In this document: in pieces, positions 23,564-33,755 of the stretch | How positions within the stretch are numbered: position 1 is the stretch's first letter | Layout: every line of letters begins with the position of its first letter | Translations under genes and position numbers: made by a program | From: Oculina patagonica | Taxonomy: Eukaryota | Assembly: GCF_052425735.1 (NCBI RefSeq) | Contig: NC_135758.1 | Coordinates: forward strand, 28,024,001 to 28,088,000 | DNA length: 64,000 bases | Reading direction: 5' to 3' | The notes under the pieces: generated by a model | Told to the model about the DNA's origin: nothing | Seen by the model: the letters and a program-made list of their open reading frames with translations, nothing else | The model's database searches: none

Positions 23564-24241
23564 AGCCTGGTTTTCACTGGCGACGCAAGCACAAGCGCAA
23601 GCACAAACGCAAACATAAGTAGTTTGTGCCAAGTGAAAACGAACGTCTACATAAGCATATAAGCACATTGGCATTAGAATATGATGTTTACAAGATAGAA
23701 GACTCCATTCTCGACTCCGTACTGTCGGCAAATATTGCGGCAGAAACTCTCAGGCGTCGAGTGTTGTTGTTTCTTCTACTCTTGTGATAAAGAAGCGAAA
23801 ACGACTGCAAAATGGAGGAAAAAGAAATATTTGGGGTTATAGATAATTTTTTAAAAAAAGAATATATCTTTATTTCTTTCCCTTCTAGATCCCACACTTG
23901 TGTCTTTTGTGTTTTTGTCTCCCCTCCTCCGAACAGCCTCGACAAAACGTTTATCAAAATCAACCGCGGCCTCTGCGACTTTGTTGAAATGCTGGAACGA
24001 GTGCTTTAATTGGCCAGACACGGCCAGACGTAAACAATTTTCTTGTGCTTATGCGATGTTTCGTTTTCACAGGAACACAAGCACAAGCGCAAGCACAAGA
24101 AAAGGAAAAATTTTGATCCTTGTGCTTGTGCTTGCGCTTGTGCTTATGCTTGCGCCGAAGCCGTTTTCACTATGAAATAAGAGCTGTTATGCTTGCGCTT
24201 GTGCTTGCGCTTGTGCTTCTGTCGCTAGTGTAAACCAGGCT
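23564..24241. mobile_element. MITE with GCACAA/GCGCAA subterminal repeats
   Basis: TIR AGCCTGGTTTTCACTGGCGAC / GTCGCTAGTGTAAACCAGGCT, TTAA on both flanks, hexamer arrays at both ends. Confidence 0.85.
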
Positions 24242-25670
24242 TTAATCTGCTCGTTTTTCCAAAACAGGCCGTTTCATGGATAATACATAACGTAATGGAA
24301 ATTTATTACAAAATTCGGCATACCAGACGTGAAACGTGAGAAAATAAATTTATATCTGTGTTATAAATGCTTCTGTTTTTACAGTGAATTGATTGCCCTG
24401 TTACATCTTGAAAAAGTAGGGACGACGAGGGCAGCGCAGTTCTTTCAGTTTCTTGACTAATACAGGTGTATACTATGTTTTCATTGTTAGAAAAGTATGA
24501 AATTATCTCCGTCTCCCACTAAGATCACTGTAATATTCAAAAACGTCTCCTTTGCTGAGAGGGCGTGGTCAATTGTCACAAAAGGGCTTGATTTTCACAG
24601 AAACAGCGGAAAAACTCTCAGAAAATTCTTGAAATCATTTTTACAGCACACTAACAATGCTTTAAATGAATTTCTAGATGAATTATGCTTAAAATAGCTA
24701 AAGGAAAGAAAATTCCTTATTTTGGACCATGACGTCATAATTAAATGCATCAAAACATCATCTTAACGCAAGAATTAAGCTTGGCAACATTGATTTTCGA
24801 AATCAGCGTACTCGATTTAGTAAAAATAGCTATGTTGCCAAAAATCAGACAAAAATGCCCGTGGGTGTCACATTTTGGACTCCAGGGTACCTGACTATGA
24901 CATTTGCGCCACACGGTCTGCTTTAATTTTGTCTCCATGTTAATTTTATCAAAAACAAAAAACTGAAGCAAACAATGATTTTGGCTGAAATAGTTCTTTT
25001 AGAGTAATAAGGAAAGAAGTCAAAATAAAATAAAAATAGATGTCACGCAGGTTTAACGCAACTGTATTCTAATAGAAAAATTCTTAGCTAGTTTAATCCA
25101 TTCAGTAATTTTACACTCTCGACGAATATGTAAGCTCAGTAACCCGTTCTAGAGCAACGCGGATTAAAGTTTATTGATTACAAGCCTGGATTGAACAGAA
25201 AACAATCGAACAGGTAAACGTACACATTTAGTCGCGTTATTTGCTGTGCTCTACACGATTAACATAAAACTTGTCAAAATTTTGTTAAAGAAGGTTTTAC
25301 TTTCTAAATTAACAAAAACAACCACGAAAACAAAACCTTTTTACTTGGCACACATGCAAAAAGGATTTAGGGATATAATATCTCCGCAGGTGCATCTACA
25401 GTTTGGATTCTAATTAAAGAGTAACATGCCGGCTCGACAAGCTGTAACAAATAATTTTCAACATATATTTCGACAAGGTGACAAACAGTTTTATTTAATC
25501 AGGATCGTCCAATCAAGAGCAAATGCTGCTGATGTCAAAATATGCCCTGAATAAATAATAAAAAAACTACAACTAGTAAAAAACGGCTACAAAAAGGAGT
25601 GAAATCGTACCCAGCAGAGAGTTGTGATATAAGTCAGTGTCAAAACAAAGGAGGTTTGCCAATTCGGACG

Positions 25671-26688
25671 ATGACATTCCCGGCGCCCGACGATCTATGT
25701 GCAGGCGTTCCTTCTCCAAAAAGTCTCTCCTACTTTACAGCATCGTTTTCAGTTTTTCTCGCTCTGGTTACCGTTCCAGGCAACTTCCTTGTCTGTTTAG
25801 CCATCATAAAAGATCCCTTCCGAAACTTGAAAACACCATTCAATTATTTCCTGCTGAGTTTGGCTGTAACGGACCTACTGGTGGGAGTAGTCATGGACCC
25901 ATTGGCAGTTGCATTTCACATCAACGAAGCACTTCAACTAAACGTTGTAGACATTGAAATTCAGCATAGTCTATATTTTATCTCAAGTACAGCCTTTATT
26001 TTAACACTAGCTACTCTTACAATGGACAGATATGTGGCCGTAGTTTCATCAGTGAAGTATAAAACAATGGTTACGTCCAAACGCGCCATTGTGACATCGG
26101 TGTCAATTTAGGTAGCGGCGTTGGGCTTCTCCTTTATATACTTCAAAGTCGGATTCATCGCGTATTCCTTCGTTTTTGTCAACATTTGCGGTTCTCATCT
26201 TTGTTCATGTAGGCATCCTTAATCGCCTGCGTGAGCAATCGACATATTGGCGAGATCGAAGAGCAGTTGAATGTACCGAATCCGACAAACAAGAAAAAAG
26301 AAACAACTTCGTTGACACGAAAATGGAACGCAAAGCAGCCAAGGCATTGGTGATTGTTCTTCTCGCCTTTTTAGCTTCCTACCTACCCGCCTGTGTTATG
26401 ATCTACTTGTTAAATTTTTGCGCACATTGCAGCTGCTTGATGGCTCACTGGTTGCGGGATTTGGGGATTATAATCGTTCTTTGTAATTCAGGTATTACCC
26501 GTACTTGTACGCATGGAGGCTTCCACAGTTCAAAAGCGCTTTTGTGAAATTTCTTCACCTGAAGTCAAATGAATTTGAATGACGGTCCTGTATGTAACAG
26601 AAATGAACAGAAGATGTAAAAAGTTGTAAAGTCTAGTTTCTTAAAGACGGCTCATGAACATGAAATCGAGATATCTAGCGCTTTATAA
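25671..26688 (+). pseudogene. GPCR pseudogene, paralogue 3
   Basis: ATG 25671 (MTFPAP, like paralogue 2); TM4 Trp codon changed to TAG at 26109-26111; ~17-nt deletion near 26184; 1-nt deletion in the NPxxY codons near 26497. Confidence 0.9.
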
Positions 26689-27927
26689 GTTCTTTGCAAA
26701 GCGATACTATTCAAGTAGGGTTCGATTACTGGTTAAATTCTAAAGGGTATCTTCCGGGAAATCTCTCGTAAGCGAGTCGTTTTCAGTAAAAGCCACGCGA
26801 ATCGAAACCATTTATTGCTAGCAATATTAACGACTATTTAAATCCACAAATAATATATCTTTTTAAATTTTGTCGTATATGTAAACGAATAAAAACCTTC
26901 AAACGTAAAACTGGCATGCATATTTACCAAACTGAATTACTGATCTGCCTTCGGCTGGTACTACCACGCGTTCTTCAAGCTATCAATCAATAGATGACAG
27001 TGTGAATAACTGTGAGGCGTTTATGTTATATCTATTTAATTGCTAAGAGAATCCATTTTTATCTCGACACTCATTTTCCGATTGGCGCTTTAGGAGCGGA
27101 ACCCCATACCTGAGAAAATTTGGTAAACCCATTTCCGATGCCCGTCAGTCCGTCCGTCCTTACGCCACTTGCATTTTTTGGCTTGGTTAAATTTGTTTAT
27201 TTTATATCTTTGTAACTTGTGACGATATATTTCATGATATCTCATTTGAATAATTAAAACTAATTATACTTGGCGGCTTTATATATCGGCTCGGGTATCT
27301 TCATTAAACGTTTCCTTTCTCTGTCCTTGTGTGCAGTTCGAGCATTTAACCAACCCAACATTAATCATAAACATACAGGAACCCATTACTAGGAAGCCGG
27401 GGCGACAGACGATAGCAAGAATTGAAATTAATAAGATGGTCTAACTTGAGAACACGGAAGTTAAGTTTCAAATTTGGCTCTTTCAAATTGGATTACCTAG
27501 TGTCTACTTCGTGCAGACGTTTCCTATTTCCTGGATAAAATTCCCTTAACTTACCATTTATCACAGGACGTTCTTGAGCTGCCTTCTCGAATCTTCGTTA
27601 AGTACCTGCCTTAAAACGTTTGCTAAGTATTGAATGTTATTATTCACTCGCAGACAGGCCTTTCTTTCTGCTTGTTTTGTTTCCATTTAGTGATTTTATT
27701 TCTGCTAATTAACCTGCCACTTATTTAAACTCTTCTGATAATGAAGCGTATCTTAGCAAAAATCCGGGTTTTTCTTCAGTACAGTTGTAAGTTATAATTA
27801 AAAATTTATGTTATTTGGATTATATTTTCCGGAATCTCAAGAGTGAGGATTATTCCTCTAATGTACGATCCTGACTCAAACGTTTTGATATTCCTGTAAA
27901 ACACAACCTTGATCTTGTAAAACGTTC

Positions 27928-28896
27928 TCAATGTTTCCTAAAAATATTGCCTCGAAAGGCGCGTTGAAGATCTTCCACATTTAGTTCCGAGATTCTCCCA
28001 TTTTGCTTCCAGCCACACAGAACACTTTTGAACCCATTTCTGTAGTTTGAACTTTGAAATGCGCAAACTATTGGATTAACACACGAGTTACTGTACAGCA
28101 ATGTAAGAGAGATTTTGTAAAACAGCAGTGGGCTCTTTGCCGTTGCGGCATAAATTATTACTGAAGATATGTAAGGCGCAAAACAAGCAAGAAATACGGA
28201 TGTTAAAATCGACAGAAGTTTTACAATTTTTCGCTTGGAACGAGCGTCGTCTTCGCTCGATGCTGCTGACTCTGACATTATGGTGTTGCTAAAATACAAT
28301 TCTTTTATCAGTTTAAAATAACAGAAGCACACAATAAACAGGGAAATGACCATCGGCATAGCAAGAAACGCAAAATAAAAAGTTCCACCCGGTATTTCGT
28401 CCCATTTATCTACACATGTCTTTGATTGTTCCTCGTACTCAATGAAGAAAAGAAACGGTATTAAAACGGAAATACAAAACAGCCAAACTCCAGCGATCCC
28501 GTATTTGACGTTGTTTGTGTTGAGTCGAAATCTTGTGCTCATTGGGCGAAGTAGAGCGTGGTACCTTTCGAGGGAAATAACTGTTAGTGTCACCCCTGAT
28601 ACAGATAATGTCAGCATCGGCAGGCTGTTTTGGGTTACAAACTTGCAGAGAAAATTGCCAAGGTTGCCGCCGGGATGATCCAAGAATTTGAAGACCTCTG
28701 CTGGTATAAGCCACAGAAGTGTGAGGAGATCGGCTACGGCTAAATTCGTTAGGAGAAAGTTGATGGTTGTATGCATGGTATTGGTTCTTCGCACGACCGT
28801 AATAACTAACGAGTTTCCAAAAGTTCCGACCAGTATGATTAAAACATGGATCGGCAAGACGATCAAATCCATGGCTGAGTACGGTGGGTAGGACAT
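27928..28896 (-). CDS. Class A GPCR, neuropeptide (RFamide/galanin/NPY-type) receptor-like
   Basis: First ATG at 28896 (MSYPPYS); GN, LAVAD, TM3 CK, ERY, ECL2 Cys, CFAP, NPIVC. Confidence 0.9.
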   Translation of the reverse strand: MSYPPYSAMDLIVLPIHVLIILVGTFGNSLVITVVRRTNTMHTTINFLLTNLAVADLLTLLWLIPAEVFKFLDHPGGNLGNFLCKFVTQNSLPMLTLSVSGVTLTVISLERYHALLRPMSTRFRLNTNNVKYGIAGVWLFCISVLIPFLFFIEYEEQSKTCVDKWDEIPGGTFYFAFLAMPMVISLFIVCFCYFKLIKELYFSNTIMSESAASSEDDARSKRKIVKLLSILTSVFLACFAPYISSVIIYAATAKSPLLFYKISLTLLYSNSCVNPIVCAFQSSNYRNGFKSVLCGWKQNGRISELNVEDLQRAFRGNIFRKH

Positions 28897-30273
28897 TTTC
28901 CGACTTGTTCTGTGGTTTAAGAACAACGTTACTCGAACAACCAAAGAAGCCAAGTGGGGGTATTAAAGTGATGTAAGTAGAATAAATTCAAATCCTCCAA
29001 TGTTCAGTGTAAAATTACTCTCTTGTTCAAAAGGCCATCTGGTTGTGCCCACAGCATTTTAAAAAAAGAGTTGGATTTTACGGCCACAAGCAGTCCTCAT
29101 TAATTGAAAAGTCTTTGTCGTAGATATACAGTGATTGAACGATTCCCCTTTTATGCTGTTTTTGCCATCCTTGACGCTGTCATAAACCATTGTGTAATTT
29201 TTTTTATTATAATCATTACCCCTTTTTAATTTCGCAGTTTTGCTTTCCATTCTATACTGGAGCAGTGCACAAAGTTTACTTTAAAAATACTTAACCTTTC
29301 ACTAAATAAATAAAACCTTATATCAAGGCTTCACAATAATTCTACCGTGAATTGTACTAGGCAAATTTGTCTTTATAGCATACACTGTTATTGGTTGCCT
29401 TGTTGGCGTGTATGAAGACAAAAACAGGCTTATGACGTCACGCTAGATTTCTTTGCTTTATTGAATTAAAGAAATACAAAAGTGCCATTTTGTGTTGACA
29501 TAGCTTGATGCAAGTACTTTAGTGAGTTTGGAAGATCTTGAAAAAATCAGCCATCCTCGTATTTACATGTTGTTAGTAAGCACGAGCGTGCGAATGTGAC
29601 AGTTATTATTTGCCCTTTTCTGAAGAGAAATCAAAGTTTCAATGGCAGCGCGCAGGACGGCTGACAGATCAAGCTAAAAGCCTTTCATAAGAGTTATTTA
29701 TATTTTATGACAGTTTGATGCTTGAATGGAGCAATGAAAACTAATCAGAAGTTTGGATAAATTAACGGCAGGTGCAATGAACAAATTTCCTAAAAAAAAA
29801 ATAAAAATATCATCAGAATCCATTTCTGATTCCTGTTTTCAACCCCAGCTGAACTCACGATAAAAATTGGGCATTGAAATGACCTTTCAGACTAATAGAT
29901 TTATTGTAACTGTGCTGAGGACTCATGCACGTTTGAAATGAGCGCTTTTTAGAACAGTCGTGAGTCTTAATGCTGCAGTCAGTTTCAGAAACCGTTTGAA
30001 TACGCAGAAATTCATGCAGTGAAATTTTTATTTTTTTTAATTTTCCTGAGGGGAAATAAGGCGCTTTTCATTGCCAACAAAAGAAACTTTATTAAAAAAA
30101 ATTTCGCAGAGGAACAATCCCAGTGATATAATGGGGACAAGGGTCTCGGGTGAGTTGTGGAGCATTTCATGGTATCCTCTAAAGTCGCAAATAATACATT
30201 ATATTTCTCGCTTACTTTTCTTGCACAGTAGTACTATAAATACACTGACACTTTAATAAAGTCAATTTGTTCA

Positions 30274-31065
30274 TATAGACTCTTGGTTTTAAGCCATGCA
30301 TCGTAACTTGATTAAAAATATAACACAAACAGCGGTGATAAACATTATGAAAAATCGCATTTTTATAAACTTGACGTTTCGTATGCTAAGCTACATAGGT
30401 CTTTCGAGCATCCAAATCACTAAACGCCTTTTAAGGCGTTTAGTCACTTTTAAAAATCTTGTGTATCCGACTTCTACTCTTTCGTCAACCTCAAGATCAT
30501 TTTTCAGAACACACGCCGCATCAAATCCTTCTTTCCGTACAAAGACCGCCTCAACCGTTCTCAACGATCTAAGGTCATCTACAAAGCTAGCTGCTGGGAC
30601 TGTGACGATGTTTACATTGGGAAAACAAAACGACGATTGCATGACAGAAAAACTGAACACTTTAAGGCCCTCACTAAATGCGACCATCCATCAGCTATTG
30701 CTGATCACATAAAAACCACAGGCCATAACATCAAATGGGATCACTTTGAAATCCTTGCGTCAGGCAAAACTGACCTCCACTGCAAGATTAAAGAGACCTT
30801 ATACATTCATGAACTACAACCTTCTTTAAATGCCAATGTCGGCAGTGAGAGGTTGTTACTTTATTAACCTAAATGTAAATATTAAGTTACTGCTGAAGAT
30901 CAATTGTCTCAGTCTCGGTTCCAGACCCCTTTCATAACAATATATAAATAGTTGCCAAAATTTTAACGGTCTTACTTTTGAAAATGTATGTAGCTTAGCA
31001 TACGAAACGTCAAGTTTATAAAAATGCGATTTTTCATGTTTATCACCGCTGTTTGTGTTATATTT
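30274..31065 (+). mobile_element. 5'-truncated Penelope-like element: GIY-YIG endonuclease remnant, pLTR and inverted partial pLTR
   Basis: Translates RIKSFFPYKDRLNRSQRSKVIYKASCWDCDDVYIGKTKRRLHDRKTEH...KETLYIHELQPSLN (stop 30867); 30314-30397 is the inverted copy of ~30987-31066; 12-bp flanking direct repeat TCAATTTGTTCA (30262-30273, 31066-31077). Confidence 0.92.
30974..31015 (+). ncRNA. Minimal type I hammerhead ribozyme motif (U3:A8 variant)
   Basis: Stem I ACTT/AAGT, core TTGAAAA, stem II GTATG/CATAC, GAAA, palindromic ACGT, cleavage triplet GTC; located in the PLE pLTR. Confidence 0.7.
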
Positions 31066-32338
31066 TCAATTTGTTCAGTTTTTGATCATTCGAGTTAATA
31101 ATCGATATTTAATTTTTCTGAAAGTGATCCCTTATTTCCCCTTGTCAGTGCATTGCTGCTATCAAAAACATTGTTTATTATGAATCTTCATCTTGATGGC
31201 AGAATAAGCTCCTTATCCTAACGTCCTAACGTCCTTGCATGAAGGATTAGTTGAAAAGTAGTTCACAGCCGGGTGGAGGAAAATTGCTTTCAGTGTAGTT
31301 TGCTTATATTTATCAGGCCGTTGTGTGTCTTTCCTGTCTTTCTGAAACTTTGGTACGAATGATCAGAACCTGCCAAGAGAAAAGTATAAGCAAAAGATAT
31401 ATATGGAAATTAGTGGTAAACGTTCTTGGCCTCTAAAGAGGGACCTGAAAAGGGGAAGAGGGGTTAAATCCCATTTTCCAGCCCAAATTTGCCCAAATCC
31501 CATTTCCCAGCCCTAACAGTTTTGCCTAAATCCCAGTCCCATTGTTTTGTGATTCCCAGACGCAGTGACCTAAATCCAATTTTTCCAAGGAAAATTTGCC
31601 CAAAACACAGTTCTTATTCTACCCCTTCAGGCCTCTCTCTAAATTAAAGTTAATTTTCAGCGTATTGGTAAACATAGGCGAGTAAAAGATCTTATCAAGT
31701 ATATTAAATCGAGGCCGATAAACCCTTCCTGCCAATGAAAACAAATCGAACGCTGGTGAAAGTATAAGGAAAATAGGGTGTTTCTTACTTTAGACAAAAA
31801 TGTTCTTCGTATATTATACAAATTAATGTATCTTTCTCAGCCTGCTATAGCGATTGCTAGTACGAGCGCTTCATAACTCAATTTCAAGAGCTTTACTAAT
31901 TTTGCTTTGGCAAAATCACAAATATTTTATGAATTGACAAATATAAATCCCTTCTCTCCATGATGTTGTTTTCAGGTTTTTATTTTTCTTAATTAAAAGC
32001 AGACCTTTATTATAGCAATGAAAATGGATGCGCATATAAATGCATTATCATTCCTATCATTCATATCGGCTCCGACTCTCCACGCGCGTTTACAAAGAAA
32101 ATGGACGCTACATGAAAGTCTCACGAAGACTTATGCTATTTCGGAAATCGTTTGAATTGTGTTTACGAATAACAGCAAGCTCGACAGTTTTAAAAATCTA
32201 ACTTAATAGTCTCCGGCAATGCAACTACTAAAAGGTTGTGTGATATATCTATACAACTGAACAAAAACAAACATTTTCGCGAACTTTTGAATAAATAGCG
32301 TCGAAAAGGACCGACGATTTAAAGTTTCCATTCTTACC

Positions 32339-32536
32339 TCAATCAGAAATTGTATTTTCTTCTGTAGTTTCGGTTTCAATAGGAGGACGTACAGTTTCAC
32401 CAGTTTTCCACATCATACGAAGTGGACTAGTTCCAATTAGTTCGACAGAAAGGCCGTATACAAGTCCAATATACGAGACAAAAACAAGGAATTGAACCAA
32501 CGGTGTGACGTCCATATTGACGATGGGAAGAATCAT
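32339..32536 (-). CDS. Candidate single-pass membrane microprotein A (~65 aa; start uncertain)
   Basis: MILPIVNMDVTPLVQFLVFVSYIGLVYGLSVELIG...; stop followed after 1 nt by donor GTAAGA, 81-nt intron 32337-32257 ending GTTTGTTTTTGTTCAG, downstream AATAAA (32011-32006). The frame stays open upstream, with another ATG near 32641. Confidence 0.45.
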   Translation of the reverse strand: MILPIVNMDVTPLVQFLVFVSYIGLVYGLSVELIGTSPLRMMWKTGETVRPPIETETTEENTISD

Positions 32537-33477
32537 ATCTGTTGCTATACTTGGAGGAGTTGAGGATTGTTTTGACCACAGACTGTGCGCGGCTTCGTGT
32601 TTTTTAGAAACTTGGCATTCGACAAAATATTTTATTTTCATCAACGTGAAAAGTATTACTATACCAGTAATTACTGTATACAGCAAACCTGTTTATTTTC
32701 AAGTTTAGTTTGTACAGTTGAGAGAATACTGACTTTGAATTATTCTTCTGTGGAATAAATGCATTAATATTCTCAATACTGCACCAAACGTCAGTAAAAT
32801 CATAATTTTGACAAAGAATTTATTGTTAAAAGGACAGGTACCAGTTGAAAACGTTTTAAAATTTAATTAGAATTCAAATTTATTGAATTATCTGTTTTAT
32901 TATTAATGCTTCTTCGAGAAAATAGTTTTTTGTTTTGTTTTTTGTTTTTCCATTATTATTTTCTACAAGCCTACACCAAATTACTTGACATGATACCAGC
33001 TAGCATACTGACTGCTCACGGCCTTCCTCATTTTTTACAATTGTTCAAAGCGAGGAAAGAATCGCTTGATAACTGGACGCCAGCGCAAAACAGGAGGCGA
33101 GATGGAGTTTTGGGGCTTGATAACATGGCGATCTCCAGCCCGGTTTTACCGGGCTGAGATTTCAGCTCGGCTTCCAGAAGAAATCTTCTTAAAAAGTGTT
33201 GCGATTACATGAAGAAATTTTCATCCCGTTTTTTTTTAACTGGGCTGGAAATTTCAACCCGGGCAGACGTGCTGAACAACATCATGTAATCGCATTCAAA
33301 TTTCAGCCCGAGCTGAAAAGTGAGCTTACGGGATGCGCAGTGATGGTTTATAACGAAAGAAAATGGCGGCCACCATAGTTTTTTTAAGTTTTAAAATTGT
33401 TTAACCCGCTTAGCCTTTCTAAAAGGTGTGGTGAACCCTGGTAGTGAGGGCCATCAACATCTCATCTAAATCTAATA

Positions 33478-33755
33478 TAAATAAAGACGCATTTTTCAAC
33501 AATGACACGAGCATGGGAGAAAGAAAAATTCTGAGTCCCCGACGGGAATCGAACTCATGGCCTCCCAGATACCGGTTGGGGGCTCCAACCAACTGAGCTA
33601 CGAGAGACTCGTAGTGAGCTGGGCCATTTACTAGGTTGATATGTGACACGTCACATATCAACCTAGTAGATGGCCCTAGTAGATGGCCCGTCGGGACTCA
33701 GAATTTTTCTTGTCCCATGCTCGTGTCATTGTTGAAAAATACATCTTTATTATTT
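33478..33755. mobile_element. Foldback element containing a tRNA-like segment
   Basis: Inverted arms (TTTTTCAACAATGACACGAGCATGGGA...AAAAATTCTGAGTCCC) around a central 27-bp-arm palindrome; minus strand 33610-33533 has A-box TAGCTCAGTTGG and B-box GTTCGATTCC. Confidence 0.8.

Noticed and set aside
25599-26547. Two separate GPCR-like ORFs (170 aa and 123 aa)
   Set aside because: They are fragments of one disrupted paralogue; no intron signals bridge the lesions.
30296-30712. 138-aa ORF over the Penelope remnant
   Set aside because: Mostly out of frame with the GIY-YIG reading frame and begins in the inverted pLTR.
33533-33610. Functional tRNA gene (GGT anticodon)
   Set aside because: Acceptor, anticodon and T stems have mismatches or bulges, the anticodon loop is atypical, and it is embedded in a repeat arm.
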